Shown piece by piece: positions 1 through 13,029 of a stretch of 64,000 nucleotides of DNA. The DNA is from Bigelowiella natans CCMP2755 (taxonomy: Eukaryota > Protista > Cercozoa), in the NCBI GenBank assembly GCA_000320545.1, contig ADNK01000827.1, positions 1,347-65,346 on the forward strand, read 5' to 3'. Made by a program: the position numbers and the translations under genes. Numbering within the stretch: the first letter of the stretch is position 1; each line of letters opens with the position of its first letter. The notes beneath the pieces were generated by a model. It did no database searches. It was not told the origin of the DNA and saw nothing but the letters and a program-made list of their open reading frames with translations.

Positions 1-99
1 ATGAATATATTACTACTTATCCACTGCTTACACTTCGCCTTATCGCTGCTGCTATGTTTTAGGAGAAGACTTTTATTTATTCTTGGTTTTGTCATGTTT

Positions 100-239
100 A
101 AGGTGTGTGTGTGGTTAGTAGACTAGGGTAGCAATACCCTCCTCCTCCTCCTCCTCCTCCTCCTCCTCCTCCTGATGGTGCTGTTGTTGAGGTGCTGCCA
201 GCTACAGTCGTCACTGCATCAGCCCGATAACAACAAAAC

Positions 240-277
<38 letters not shown>

Positions 278-1661
278 CATCAGATTATGTTTCGTCAAGC
301 ATCATATAAGGAGGAGTACGACAACGACGATGATAACAGCGAGAATGTGCTAATAGTGATGATAAAATAGGAACAGAGCTGTAACTGTCTTTAGTATAAA
401 TAAATAAATGAATATATATATATATATATATATATACCGCAAGATCCATCAAGGCTGACTCTCCGAATCAAGTTATTTCCCGTGTCGGCAACGTATAAAC
501 CTGTTCATAAGAAGGGGGGGAGGGGAGAGCCTTAGCTTGTTGATCGACTGGTGATATGCTGGTCAAAATGAGGCAAATCGAAAGAGCGCGTGGAGCAAAG
601 CGACGAAGGAGGGGTATTTGAAAGCAGGAAGAACGGTATGAGAGTGAAATGAGCGCACTGTTATCAGGCCCCATCGCGACGTCCATTGGAAGGAAGAAAC
701 TTGCCTATTAATATGTATGTCCTCTATAAACATATGTATATTTACTAATATAGATATATAAAGCTTATTCCGTCTTCTTATTAAATATTTCTCTCCTGCT
801 GCTACTCCTTTCTCTCTGGATAAAACACACTCTCAATCACCCCCCCCTCCCCCTTCCCTCTGTATATACACGTATCATAATACATTTTGTCCGTTGCCAT
901 CCATACTTCCAGGCTCTGACAGCAGTTGTGATAATAGTCAATAATCGAGGAGGAGGGAGAGCAGCCAAACAACTTGAGTACCAATACTCACATGACGGTG
1001 ACGACCACAACGACGAAGCCTACTACTGCTACTATTAAACTCAATCTCTTTTCCTTCTCTTACAAAAAACGATGATTCGGTCTCCTCTTAGTGCGTCACA
1101 TCGGCTATTCCTACTACCGCTACTACTATCGCCTATGCCCTCCTCCTCCTCCTCCTCCTCCCCCTCCTCCTTCGGTTGTTTCTACACAATCATGCCCACC
1201 TTTTGAAGTCCCTACCAAAGTGCTGACGTTGCCGTTGATGAAGAAGCTCCTGCGTATGTAGCATCACCACCGCCGTGTTGTGAAAACAATGGTGGCAGGT
1301 ACAGAGACGTACACTTGCGAGTACGTTAGGAGGCGGAGGTGGTGGAGGAGGAGGAGGAGAAGAAGAAGAGGAAGAAGAAGAAGGAACCACCATCTCCGTC
1401 GTTCAATTGGGTATTATAATTATTATTATTATTATTCATTATCACTTCGAAACATCATCATCATCATACCGTCGTTGATTGATGTTATCGTTGCGTTTGA
1501 AGGTTGTCTTGAAGTATCGGTCCCGCTCTGCAACCTTCTTCTTTATCTTCGAGTGTAACACGCTGTACTTCTCCAGCTGTTTCATTTGTTGGTTCCAATT
1601 CCCCAGATTATCATCAGATAATTCTCACAAGGGTGATGACGACGAATGATGGGTTGTCAAA

Positions 1662-1696
<35 letters not shown>

Positions 1697-2016
1697 GTAT
1701 GCATACACATATAGCGAGATGCTCACCTTATACAATATTTCCTTCATATGAGCCTTGCGAGTGACTTCGTCAGACTGAATAAGAAGAAGAAGAAAGAGGG
1801 AAAGATAGAGCATATTTTAGATCGAGTGAGATGTACGTCGGTCACTCTCAGGTAGCGACGACTGCTATTGCGCCTACTACTGCTTTATATGATACTATGA
1901 TAACTTTCGCAAGGAGATAATATATATGAAACAGCATCAGCAGCATCAGCAGCAGTAATCACACTACTCGTTTATGTGGTGTTGCAACTATTGTCCCCCC
2001 TCTTCCAAACATCATT

Positions 2017-2051
<35 letters not shown>

Positions 2052-2149
2052 TATCATCATTATCATCGTAAGGGAGTAGTACCAAATCATCTCCCGTAGC
2101 CCTCTCCATCAGCGACTTCTCAAAACCGGACATGTTGTACAGCCTGATG

Positions 2150-2181
<32 letters not shown>

Positions 2182-2660
2182 GATGATGGCAACAACGACG
2201 ATGTTGATTTAGAAGGAAAGAACGATTGAGAATCCAAGAAAATGATTAATGAAACACGTAGATACGTATGACGGACATCTACCAAGCCGTGTGTATTCTA
2301 TATATGTTTACATGTTCCTGGAGAACTCGGTGGCATTCCCGGCTTTTCGAGATAAACGCTCCTGCGATCATGATAATATTCGTCACAAAGAAAGAGTAGT
2401 GCAACGATTATCGGAGTATCTTCGTAGACCATAGACGAGAATTCACGTCTTCTTTTTTCCCCCTTTTCGACGTTGACTACTACTACAGCAACAATAAGAA
2501 CAACTACAACTGCTATTATTACTACTACCTCGATATTTCTGGGCGGTAATGGGTACGTCCAGTTACGATCGATCTTCTTGTAATTCTTCAGCTCTCTCTG
2601 AATAAATACATGTGCCGATAAGCCCCACATATCAATGTTGTGTATTCATCTTCATTAGCA
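100..2660 (-). CDS. Probable multi-exon gene of unknown function; exon structure unresolved, may run off the window
   Basis: Short coding-like blocks on the - strand (e.g. DDNLGNWNQQMKQLEKYSVLHSKIKKKVAERDRYFK near 1500-1615) alternate with microsatellite-rich, intron-like segments. No family recognised. Confidence 0.3.
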
Positions 2661-2969
2661 TATCAAACAATATCTCCTGCTGTTGATCTCTCTTTATTTC
2701 ACACTACTCATCAGGTTTACTCGATAGTGCGTATAGAGTATTTTTTAGATTTTGGACGTCTATAGAAACTGACACAGTGAAGAAATAGCGAATGCAATAT
2801 ACTGCGGGCGGATGTAGGTAACTCTGAAACAAGGACCTTTATGTCGCGGTCGATTCGAGGCTCTGGTGCATCTGAATTTTCATGGAGGATGATATTAGAG
2901 TTGTACCTTAATTCTCCCAGCTATCTGGGCGCCGCGATGAGGCAGCGGTTACCGAATCGTTTTGCAGTG

Positions 2970-2971
<2 letters not shown>

Positions 2972-3018
<47 letters not shown>
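2972..3018. repeat. (GT)n microsatellite
   Basis: Directly visible dinucleotide run. Confidence 0.95.
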
Positions 3019-3021
<3 letters not shown>

Positions 3022-3499
3022 ATGACCTGAAGAGGACGATTTTTGCTCGACTTCCATATTCACCAATCCTGTTTCTTTTTCTGTCGCAACCTATGGAATT
3101 GAAGAAGGCCTGCTGAAATAGTTACTCGCCAGAGGTAATTAATGGAAATTTAGCTTCAATGAACGTACCCCCCTCTGGACTCGCTTCCTAAGCTGGCGTC
3201 CTTTTCGCCCACGCATCTTCGGATGGATGTTCCGTGATTCCTCGGGCACATTCCAGAATCCAGCTCGAGATACCAAATGCGACGTGGTTTCTGCCTCCCA
3301 CAGGCCAACGCTTAGCAAGCTGATCAAGCATCACAATTATTAGTCGAGAATTCGGAAGCAGCTTGCCGAGCTCTGTACCTGAGGAGGACGATCCCTGCCC
3401 ACTGGAGCACTTGGACTTGACATAATGTAGACGGGCGATGATACATCGGTGTGCGAGGGGGGGGGAGGGGGGGGATCAGCAGAGATTCAACACAGTGAG

Positions 3500-5580
3500 G
3501 AAGTGTTGTTGCAGCATCGGCGGCTCTCTGGAGGAACTAACCGACAGAGGCCTCCTTCTCCTCCTCCTCCTCCTCCGATCTGATGTTGCCCCACTGCAAC
3601 TCTTCCGGTAGAAGATCGACGTGTCGTTGTCATGTCGAGCTGGTGCATCATGTTCCATTTTCACACTGCGACAAGGCTGACTTCGAAATTCAAGTGGCAT
3701 GTGGCAGCCAATGCTCAAACGTGATGAAAAATTCCACACCTCCCATGTGGTTCTGGCGCATGCAGTTTTGATCAACGCTTTCTTCATTGTTCATTGTTCA
3801 TTGCTCCCCCCTGTCCTCCTCCCAACCCTCACCTCTCCCTCTCTCTCTCTGCAGCTTGCCATTTTCAGAGGGTCTCCCGCACATGGCCAGTGAGCAGCGT
3901 GCAGGAGGATCGGTGTTGATGCCTCTGCTGTGATCCAAACGTTGTGGAGACCTGACTGGACAATGGAGGCTTTTGGTTTGTGGAGCACTCCCATTCCGCG
4001 TTTGGAGTTTTGAGGGCCGGAAGGTGTGGTGGGGAATGGAGTCCATTGGTGAGTTTTTGGTGCTGCTGTTTTGTTCACAGGGAATTGGGCATCGATCAAA
4101 AAAAGAGTGTCCAACTTTTCGTCCAAAGTGAGTTCACGAGAGAGAACCACTTTGCCATTGAGGCCTCCAATGTTCCACCGTGCAACTTTGAAAAAGGAGT
4201 TTGAGTGCATGCGTGGTTGGCGAGGGAGGGAAAGAGGGGCCCGCCTCCTGCGCCGGTTCTTCAACGTCACTCTTTGTTGTGAGACCCCCCGCCGTGTCGC
4301 TTCCCCACGCAGTGCGTGGTGTGGCAAGCAAACAAAAGAGCACGGTCCACAAGACAGACCTTGCAGTGATGTGCTCCATGTGCACATGTGTGCACGTGTG
4401 GATGTTGCCAACACCGTGTGTTGATTGTGCTTGGTCATGGGCGTCAAGCATTCTGCTCACCCCACCTCGCTGCCATGTTCCGATGTCCAGCATTTCCAGA
4501 CTTGCCTGTTTCGCGCAATTCGCGCGCCGAGATGCAAACATGCACACCGGTCGGGCCATCAACTGCAATGCGGCGGGTGCTGAGCTACTTGCATGAGCGA
4601 TCATTGGCCTGTGCGTCGTTTCCGAATCTGTTTGGATTTTGAACTCCGTGTCATTTCAATCAACAGGGCAGATTGCTTCTTTCACAGATTCATCCACGAA
4701 ATGGGATTTCATGGTCCGCATCCCAACAATGACAATGTCATCTTGATCACAACAAATTTCTCGGATGCATCTCAAACCTCTGGTCTTTTTTCTTTGCACA
4801 TTCAGCACAAATTGCTTTGAACGCATCGGAACCATGCATTTCAAGTTCACCTCCTCTTCCATGGACATCAAAAGATTCCGATGTTTCATTTTCCTTTTCC
4901 TTTTCACCAAAGATCATTTCGGCACAGTGTTTGGAAAATTTCTTGGAACCATTTCGAGTCGCACATTCATGTGCAGCCAATGCAGTCGAAGCACACGTGA
5001 CAACTGCCGAAGGCGATTTTTGACAATTTCAGGGCACACATCGTGCTGCATGGGAGAGTCATTTTGAGACGATTTGGCGACACATGATGCGCTGGCACGG
5101 ATGCCCATTGAATCTTCTCGCATCGAACTGTGCAAGTTGATGGGAGAGAGTTGAAGCACATGTGCACATCTTGCACGTGCTGCATGCAAATGGCAATGCA
5201 TCATTTGGGTGGTCATGCCCATCACACAGCGCTGGCCACGTGCAGTCTGCTGAGTGGAGCTTGTCAAACTTGCCACGCAGTCTGCTCAGCATGCGCTTGT
5301 GCATGATTTGCACGTTCACATTTCAACTGACATCGTGTGTTGGAATGTGCGCATCGTTTGATGTCTCATGCAAGGATCAGGTCACACTTGTGCACGTTGG
5401 CCGCAGCACAGCTTGCAAGCATGGTGTGACTGTGGTAGTCGCCACATCATGCGTTCTGCGTTGTGGCTGTTGCACCATGCTTCCTTGTGTGTTGCTCGTT
5501 GGTGTCAAAGTTTTGCCCAGCTAGCGTGTTGTTGCATGGTGTCAATGCATGATGTGCACATGCTGCATCAACGGCAATGA
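3500..5580. other. TpA-depleted, CA/TG-rich island (hypermutated repeat or relic DNA)
   Basis: Only 2 TpA counted by eye in 3611-5520. ORF-track translations inside this span are essentially Tyr-free and rich in His/Cys/Met. Confidence 0.85.
3791..4200 (-). mobile_element. Degenerate non-LTR retrotransposon (LINE) APE-type endonuclease fragment
   Basis: FKVARWNIGGLNGK (WN-x-x-GL motif), LDTLFLIDAQ (D-x-x-x-L-x-E-T-like), KRGMGVLHK (GV-like motif) and ILLHAAHWP (Y-x-P-like motif) occur in the order expected for an L1/RTE endonuclease N-terminus. No RT seen. Confidence 0.55.
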
Positions 5581-5755
5581 TTTGTGGCATTAGTAACTTT
5601 GATCCAAAATGATTTGATGACAGGTGCCAACACTGCAACAAACGTACATGGAAGTCCAAAAGTCAAACATTCAAACTAGCTACATCAAATTTCTTTTCAT
5701 TTGCATTAGGGGCTGGCTTTATTTTTTTCCGACCGATCTTTAATTCCTTAGATAG

Positions 5756-8449
5756 TCAATACTTTCTTTTTCTGCCTGCGTTTGCTTCTGAGGATGAGTC
5801 CTCAGGTTCCCATTCCATATCGTCACCTGAGGGAGTCCCTACTATCTTCTTTAAACTGACATTAAACTTAAGTGTTCCTTCCGGCGTTGAAGAAATGGAA
5901 ACAATACTGTGGTCACGCAGCTTTCCAGCAATTATCATTCGCGACATTTGTGTGATGATGTGCCGTTCCAGGTACCGCCTCAGCGGACGTGCTCCATAAA
6001 TAGGTGTATATGCTGCATCTAATACAATCTTGGCAGCTTTTGCATCTATTTCCAAATCGATGTCCTTGTCTTTGAGGCGATCACCAAGGCCCTTGACTTG
6101 GAGGGTTACAATCTTTCCAAGTTCATCGCGGCTTAGAGGTGTGAACACAACCATGTCGTCCAGGCGGTTGAGGAATTCTGGGGCGAAGTGTTTGCGAACT
6201 GCGTCTAGCACTTTTTCGCGGGCGTCAGGAGCAAGCTTGCCAGTTTTTGCATCGATTCCATTGAGAAGATGCTCCGCTCCGAGATTGGAGGTCATGATAA
6301 TTACAGTGTTGGTGAAATCCACTACACGTCCTTGGCCATCAGTCAATCGCCCGTCATCCAAGACTTGCAACAGTACATTGAAGACACGCGTGTGCGCCTT
6401 CTCTACCTCATCAAAGAGGACAACGGCATATGGCTTGCGGCGGACTGCTTCTGTAAGCTGCCCACCAGTCTCATGCCCAACATATCCAGGGGGCGCCCCA
6501 ATCAATCGAGCTACAGAGTGCTGTTCCATGTACTCTGACATGTCAATTCGAATTATTTCCTTCTCACTGTCGAAAAGCTCCTCTGCCAGAGTCTTTGCCA
6601 ATTCAGTTTTTCCAACGCCAGTGGGACCAAGAAATAAGAAGGAACCTGTGGGACGATTAGAGCTGGCTAACCCTGCGCGCGATCTCAATATTGCCTCAGA
6701 CACAGCATCAACAGCTTCGTCCTGTCCTACAACACGCTCGTGCAAACGATCGCCTAATTTGAGGAGTCTTTGAGCTTGACTTTGTTGCAGCTTAGTTACC
6801 GGGATACCAGTCCAACGTGCCACAATCTCTGAGATCTTATCAGAGGTGACGACCTCTGTTAGGAGACTGTCAGTCCTCTTTGCCTTCTGCTCCTTGTCTT
6901 GTTGCATGAGTCTCTTGATTCTTTTTTCTACGTCAGGAATAGCTTCATATTGCAAGTCTGCAGCGCGTTCCATGTCGCGGGCGCGCTGGGCCTTGACAAG
7001 CTTAGTTTTGAGTTGATCAAGCTTCTTACGGAAACGTTGAATTTCAACAACGATCGCCTTTTCATCCTCCAGACGCTGCATCAATGGTTGCAGCTCTTTC
7101 TCCAAGTCTCTCAACTTTGTTTTGACATTCTTCAATCGATCCTTACTTGCATCATCCTTCTCCCTTTCGAGAGCAGTCCTTTCGACTTCGAGCTGCAGTT
7201 TGCGTCTCTGCAGTTTATCGATGATCTCTGGCTGGGAGTCGAGCTGGACGCGTGTAGATGCACACGCTTCGTCCACAAGATCGATAGCTTTATCGGGCAG
7301 AAATCGTCCGCTGATATATCTATCCGATAACTTTGCTGCTGCAACAAGAGAGGCATCAAGCAGTCGTACACCATGATGAGCTTCATACTTCTCCCGTAGG
7401 CCACGAAGAATTGAAACCGTATCCACCACAGATGGCTCCTTTACAAGAACCTGTTGAAAGCGTCGCTCGAAGGCAGGATCTTTTTCCACATACTTTTGGT
7501 ACTCGTCTAGGGTTGTAGCGCCTATTGATCGGAGCTCTCCACGTGCCAGCATAGGTTTGAGGAGGTTTGCGGCGTCCATGGAGCCAGAGGTTTTACCAGC
7601 ACCAAGAACTAAATGTATCTCGTCCATGAAGAGTATCACTTTGCCCTCGGCTTCTTTAACTTCTTTAAGAACGGCCTTTAGCCTTTCCTCAAATTCTCCC
7701 CGGTAGGATGCACCAGCGATGAGAGCTCCCATATCAAGTGAAATAAGTTCTGCGTCGAGGTTCTTTGGGATGTCCCCACGCACGATTCGTTGTGCTAAGC
7801 CTTCCACTATTGCAGTCTTTCCTACACCGGGGTCTCCTATGAGAACAGGGTTATTCTTGCGACGACGAGATAATATTTGAATACATCGTCTTATTTCTTG
7901 ATCTCGTCCTATTACTGGGTCCAACTTACCGTCTCTTGCTAGCTCGGTCATGTTAATACCGTATTTGTTGAGTGCGTCGAAGGTGCTCTCGGCATTTTCA
8001 CTAGTTACCTTAGCGCCCTTACGCATTTTCTCTACAATTTTCTTCACTATCTGAGGGGTGAGACTTACTTTTGAAAGAACACTAGACACGTTCTTCTGCT
8101 CCGCGCATGCTACGAGGAGAGTATCGATCGCAATCAATTTGTCCCCATTTTTTTTCATGAGCGATTTCGCCAAATTCATCATTCTTTGGAAATTTGTCGA
8201 TAGTTGTGGCGAGGGCGGAGGGGGCGTTTGCCTAGGAAGTTTTTTCTGTGCGTTTCTGAGTGCAGTCTCCACATCTACAGGGTCAACACCCGGTACATCT
8301 TTGCAAAGGGACTCTGCAACTCCACCGGGAGTGGCAAATATTACTATAGCGAGATGCAAAGGATCCACTTGCGAGTTGGATCCAGCTTGACATTCGTCAA
8401 AGGCTTCTTTAAGCGCCTTCTGGGAGGCTTTTGTTAGATCGTAGTTCAT
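5756..8449 (-). CDS. clpB: Cytosolic Hsp101/Hsp104 (ClpB-type AAA+ disaggregase), intronless
   Basis: Clp N-domain; [13 protein letters not shown]; Walker A GDPGVGKT and GPTGVGKT; Walker B FMDEIH and FDEVEK; coiled-coil M-domain; GARPLRR. First ATG is at 8449 (the track start at 8479 is a non-ATG codon). Confidence 0.97.
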   Translation of the reverse strand: MNYDLTKASQKALKEAFDECQAGSNSQVDPLHLAIVIFATPGGVAESLCKDVPGVDPVDVETALRNAQKKLPRQTPPPPSPQLSTNFQRMMNLAKSLMKKNGDKLIAIDTLLVACAEQKNVSSVLSKVSLTPQIVKKIVEKMRKGAKVTSENAESTFDALNKYGINMTELARDGKLDPVIGRDQEIRRCIQILSRRRKNNPVLIGDPGVGKTAIVEGLAQRIVRGDIPKNLDAELISLDMGALIAGASYRGEFEERLKAVLKEVKEAEGKVILFMDEIHLVLGAGKTSGSMDAANLLKPMLARGELRSIGATTLDEYQKYVEKDPAFERRFQQVLVKEPSVVDTVSILRGLREKYEAHHGVRLLDASLVAAAKLSDRYISGRFLPDKAIDLVDEACASTRVQLDSQPEIIDKLQRRKLQLEVERTALEREKDDASKDRLKNVKTKLRDLEKELQPLMQRLEDEKAIVVEIQRFRKKLDQLKTKLVKAQRARDMERAADLQYEAIPDVEKRIKRLMQQDKEQKAKRTDSLLTEVVTSDKISEIVARWTGIPVTKLQQSQAQRLLKLGDRLHERVVGQDEAVDAVSEAILRSRAGLASSNRPTGSFLFLGPTGVGKTELAKTLAEELFDSEKEIIRIDMSEYMEQHSVARLIGAPPGYVGHETGGQLTEAVRRKPYAVVLFDEVEKAHTRVFNVLLQVLDDGRLTDGQGRVVDFTNTVIIMTSNLGAEHLLNGIDAKTGKLAPDAREKVLDAVRKHFAPEFLNRLDDMVVFTPLSRDELGKIVTLQVKGLGDRLKDKDIDLEIDAKAAKIVLDAAYTPIYGARPLRRYLERHIITQMSRMIIAGKLRDHSIVSISSTPEGTLKFNVSLKKIVGTPSGDDMEWEPEDSSSEANAGRKRKY

Positions 8450-8588
8450 GTGTTGTTTTGAGTTGTGTGAGAGCACCAAAATGAACTAACACCTGTACCA
8501 GCAAATGTGTGATGTGATAAAATCCATGGAAATTTTTATCAAGTCGTACACAAGATTTCCCCTATGATCACGCTATTTTCCACCCCTT

Positions 8589-8647
8589 GAAGCTTCGGGA
8601 AATCTTTCACGAAGTTCTTCCAGAATTACTTCCGGAAAATTCCAGAA
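8589..8647. promoter_or_regulatory. Heat-shock element cluster in the Hsp101/meckelin divergent promoter
   Basis: GAAgcTTCggGAA (8589-8601), TTCcaGAA (8618-8625) and TTCcgGAAaaTTCcaGAA (8630-8647): inverted nGAAn arrays 140-200 bp upstream of the Hsp101 ATG. Confidence 0.85.
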
Positions 8648-8822
8648 TCTCCAATCTATCTCATAATGAGGAAATACCGGGATTAATTCATTTTACCGGG
8701 ATTCTCGACTTCGCCTCTATTTTTGGAGCGAAGAGGTTTCGGTTTCGAATGATCCATGTCCTCCCCAACGTCCTCTCCATGATCGGATCGCTCTAACCTA
8801 GGAGCATAATTTCAGCTTCCCT

Positions 8823-11800
8823 ATGAGTATGATCTATTTCCTTATATCCTTGATCATATGGTCGAATGGAAGAGCAGGAGTCATCATCAGTGTGGAGGCA
8901 GGCACAGCGAGCTTTGCTCAGATCTTGAATGGCAGCTGTATCAACAGCTTTGATCGATACGATATCTCTGCGCTCGATTGTCAGACCTGCGATCCCGCAG
9001 CAAACAAAGCAGTTTCAGATGATGGTGATCTCTGTACATGTGCAGATGGCTATAAGGTAGAATGTGGAAGTAGTAGCTATGGCAATTACGGAAATCGAGA
9101 ATATAATTATGTCTTTGTCTCTCTTTCTCTAAAATTGACATTTTTAAACGTCAGAAGGTACAAGATAGTGGAACTTCAGACCTGTTCCAGTTCACCTGCA
9201 CGAGTTGCCTCAGTTCCGAGATGGCTGCAACCCAGGATCGCTCTCGGTGTATGTTTTGTCAAAACTCTACATCGAGCCTTGATACAAATAGTGGCGACTG
9301 TGTTTGTCGGAGCGATAATCATGTTCTGGTAGAGAAGGATGAAGCCGGAAACTGGTTAGCTAATAAGACTTGTGTCGCCTGTCCTACAAATACGAAAGTT
9401 CTATCTTCAAATCCCTACGAATGTGCTGCATGCTCTCATCCTGATGCAGAAATGGGGTCGGACGGGTCCTGTACCTGCAACTCTGGCTACACGCAAGCTG
9501 GTAATGACTGGTGCGTCCTTAGTAGCGACGCCTCTACAATCCTAGGCAGCTACCCTTTAGCAACCGCATCCGAAATCCAGTATAGCAACGTTATTGCTCA
9601 GTTTGGAGACTCTCCATCCTCTCTCTCTGTTAGCAGTTATGTTTTTGAGCAGATGTTTCTAGCTGCTGCTTCGGAATGTACAAACGACCGCAATCGAACT
9701 GCTTGTAACGCACTGGCGAATATGTGCGCCGCAGCTGGATTCGTGAAAGGCCATCCCACGTGTGCAATTCCCCAGAACGTCGTTACAACTGCGAGTACGA
9801 ACAAATTAAATGCTACACACAACTTTGAGGAATGGGTCGATTCGGCACCTCTTCTCTTCTACACAGCAGATACAAAAAACGCAGATGCTCTGAACTTCAC
9901 AGTGGAGGTCGAAAGCCAGCTGCGCTTCTTGCTTGCAATATATAGCTTCAATGGGACTTACAAGGGCTTTGAGGAACTCGATGGTCATCTACAGCTGTGC
10001 GGGCGCAATCCCAACGAGCTGCAGAACTGGCAATTGATCGGTACGTCCTATGAGAGCAATTGCGTTGCAGATTTACAGAAGACCATCGAGGGAAAAGACG
10101 GCACAGACTTCTACTCGCTCTTCGTCGCCAACCCATCCCTCACAACCATATATCCTGTTCCGATACAAATCGACGGGTCTGATGATTACGTTGGAAGATT
10201 CTTCATCTTGGACGTAAACAGTTCCATAGCAACCACCGGAGCGAGCCCAACCCTGGTGCAGTGGGCATCGTCGATAGAAATCGATATTCATGTTCAGGAT
10301 GGGGCCTCGGATCTTCTATACCCCCCTGTCTTAAAGATCAAATATGCTCAGAGGCCATTGAGCAGCATCCAGGATGGTGGAAAAGGCGCAGAAGCGAAAG
10401 TTTACTTTAAAGTGAACTACACTGGTTCGTACGATGACCTCTGGCTAGCTGGTACGGTCCTCTTTTCGCTCGGTGTAGTGGCAGTGATCTTCATTTGGAT
10501 GGTGAGGACTTACGTGTCTTGGCGTCTTGATTCTGTGGCTATTTCACAGCTTTCTACCGGGAAGATTCTTCGTATATTTGTGTCTCTAGTGGAACTTGGA
10601 AGCAACATGCTTCTCATGGTGGTGTGTATGCTCTCCACCATTGCGTTGGTTCTTTTCAAAGGTCAAACGACCCTCTTTGTACTCTTACCGCCAAACGGAA
10701 GCCAGGAAGTTCAGGCCTTCTACGCAACGGTTCTCTTCATCTTCTTTGGATATCTTCTGGGACTGACCATTCGAATCTGGGAGCAGCTTCATTCAGACGT
10801 CTTCTTCTTCGACTGGGAGAAACCTAAGCACTATGCAGCTGCTGATGGCGACGAAGACGGGAGAGCTGACTCGAAACGATCGAGCGCGAGCGTGAGCGTG
10901 TGGCGCAGAATACTTGTGGTGAACAAGTACACCGAACTACAGAGCTCACGTCTTATATCGGTGCCTTATGCCATATTTGTGATCATCTTCCTCCTACTGG
11001 CTCTTCGTCTCTATAATCTAGCCCTCAACATGCCTTCTTCAGACCTGGGTAGAGAAGGTGTTCCCATCCATCCGTTTCTGCGGTTTGCTGTGGTGTTTCT
11101 GGCTTGGCTCATTGCTGCTGGTGGGCAGCTCTTCTTTCGTACCATGTGCTTCCAAAAGTACGTGGTTGACCAGTCTTCTGTGTTGGTGGACCTTCTGCAT
11201 TCCGCGAACATCAGTTGTTTGATCCTTGACTATCGCTACCACGGCTTCTATTTGCATGGGAAAAGTGTCCACACCCACACAGATACAGATCTCGAGAATC
11301 TTTCAAAGCAGATTTCCAACGAGACGAGGGCGCTTGTGAGAGAGCGCGGCTTGCTACCAGGAAAGGACACGTTTGAAATCTTCTTCCACCCACGATTTTG
11401 CCGTCACTATGAAAGAATCTACAAGCGTCATTACCGCCGCAATTTACTCCGAACGCAAAGAATCCGACGTGACATGCGCCGGGCCGCCGACGCCGCAGGC
11501 AGCATCCAGAATGGGCAGGGGAGAAACGAAGACCATGCTTCCGAGATGAGAAACAAAACTGCTGATGCGAAAAAAATGAGTTCAGCCGAGGAGAGGCTCA
11601 CAAAGAGGCTGATCCAGGTTTCAGGCAATTTCGAGAAGTTTCTCAAGGACTTCATCCTAGGGAACCATCCAGAGTTCACTTGGCAGGAACAACGACAGAC
11701 TTTCTGTATGAAGTTCTTTGGCCTTCCACCGCACATGCAGAGTGGCTTTGATGCGACTTATGGATTTTCGAGCATTTGCGGGTGTGCCGAGGATGAATAC

Positions 11801-12363
11801 GTCAACGATGATGAAGATGACGATGGCGACCGTGAAATGGAGGATAACAAGGATAACAGGCAGACAGCCAAATCAAAGAACACGGTAGCACGTTATTTTT
11901 ATATTCCACCTTGAAGGTACAAATATTTACTTCCCATTTACGTAAAAGGTCGCTGACAACTGGGCAAGAGGCCCTCCAATGTCCATTTTCTACCACGACT
12001 CTACCAATAAATTTAACTCCGTATTTCTGATGGGAATCGAACGACAGGTATTTTAGAGTTATAAACTTGCAACTCGAATAAGTTTCGAAGAATTCGACAA
12101 ATCTCTTATGTGACATAATTCTGACTTGTTTCCAAACATGTGTTGAATTATCTGAAGTTTTCGTCGATTGTACATTAATGATTATTCAGATTATCACGTT
12201 CTTATTTCTGCTGCACGCCGTCATGGATCTATCGTTCGATAATACGCTCGCTTCCGTGCTGGTAGTGGGAGCCTCGAACTTAATAATCGAAAATGTGAGG
12301 GTACATTTTGGCAAAGATAATCTTTCAAAGAAAACTATGCTTCATGAGCGCTTTTTCCTTTAA
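8823..12363 (+). CDS. TMEM67: Meckelin (ciliary transition-zone protein); introns at ~9057-9157, ~11885-11948 and ~12048-12189
   Basis: Signal peptide, Cys-rich ectodomain, ACNALANMCA, TM helices, DVFFFDWEKP, SVWRRILVVNKYTELQ, ANISCLILDYRYHGFYLHGKS, SIFYHD and C-terminal FGKDNLSKKTMLHERFFL. Confidence 0.92.
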
Positions 12364-13029
12364 CCTAGCTCGAGTAAATCTCTTCATTACTCTGCTTTAT
12401 ACAAAGATAAAAATTTGGCGGCTACATGGCTCGCCAATAAATGTAAACCTAGAAAAAGCATGTTTGCCAAAAACATAGAGTTTAATGCTATGGCCTTGAG
12501 GGTTGTTAAAATGAGAATGAGCACATCTGCTTGCGCAAAATGTGATGCACTGCATGTGAACATCGGACGCGAAGTCGTTGTCTAAGGGTTCATGTGAGCC
12601 ATATTATGTCTTCGATGCATTGCTCATTGCAATGATCATTGCAGCACATGGCGATGTCATGTGCAGTGAGCAAGCATGGCATGTCACAGTCAGCATCTTG
12701 TTTTAGCGCACATGTCGCAATGAGCAGCTTGAACACATTCGTGGCCGCACTCACGTCGCTCTGCTGTCGATCGACATTACAGCTCAATGCCGATCGCGTG
12801 ACGCATGCATGGTACGTGTTTCGCACTGTCTTTGGTCTGCTAGCTATCTAGTTGATTGACATGTTGGCACTGTTTTTAGTAGCCATGTGCACGTCAGTAG
12901 ATGACAGCTGGGCAGGACATCGCATCGTTCCGTGGATTTTTCCTCCCAATGCTAGTCGTCGCTTGCACAAAAAGCGTTAAACATTGAAAGCATCACTGCT
13001 CATGAGAACTCAGAGCTGTGAGACAATGT

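Noticed and set aside
3500-5580. CpG-methylation decay or fungal RIP as the cause of the TG/CA excess
   Set aside because: CpG remains common (e.g. cgcgcgccga at ~4521) and TpA is lost rather than gained.
3500-5660. Many overlapping 60-160 aa ORFs in all six frames as real genes (also at 47.9-49.3 kb)
   Set aside because: Loss of TpA removes TAA/TAG stop codons, so ORFs are artefactually long. Only the endonuclease-like relic shows recognisable motifs.
6030-8437. Plus-strand ORFs inside Hsp101
   Set aside because: Antisense shadows of a conserved CDS.
5756-8479. Bacterial clpB or contaminant contig
   Set aside because: The gene has eukaryotic HSEs and intron-containing neighbours; lack of introns is common in heat-shock genes.
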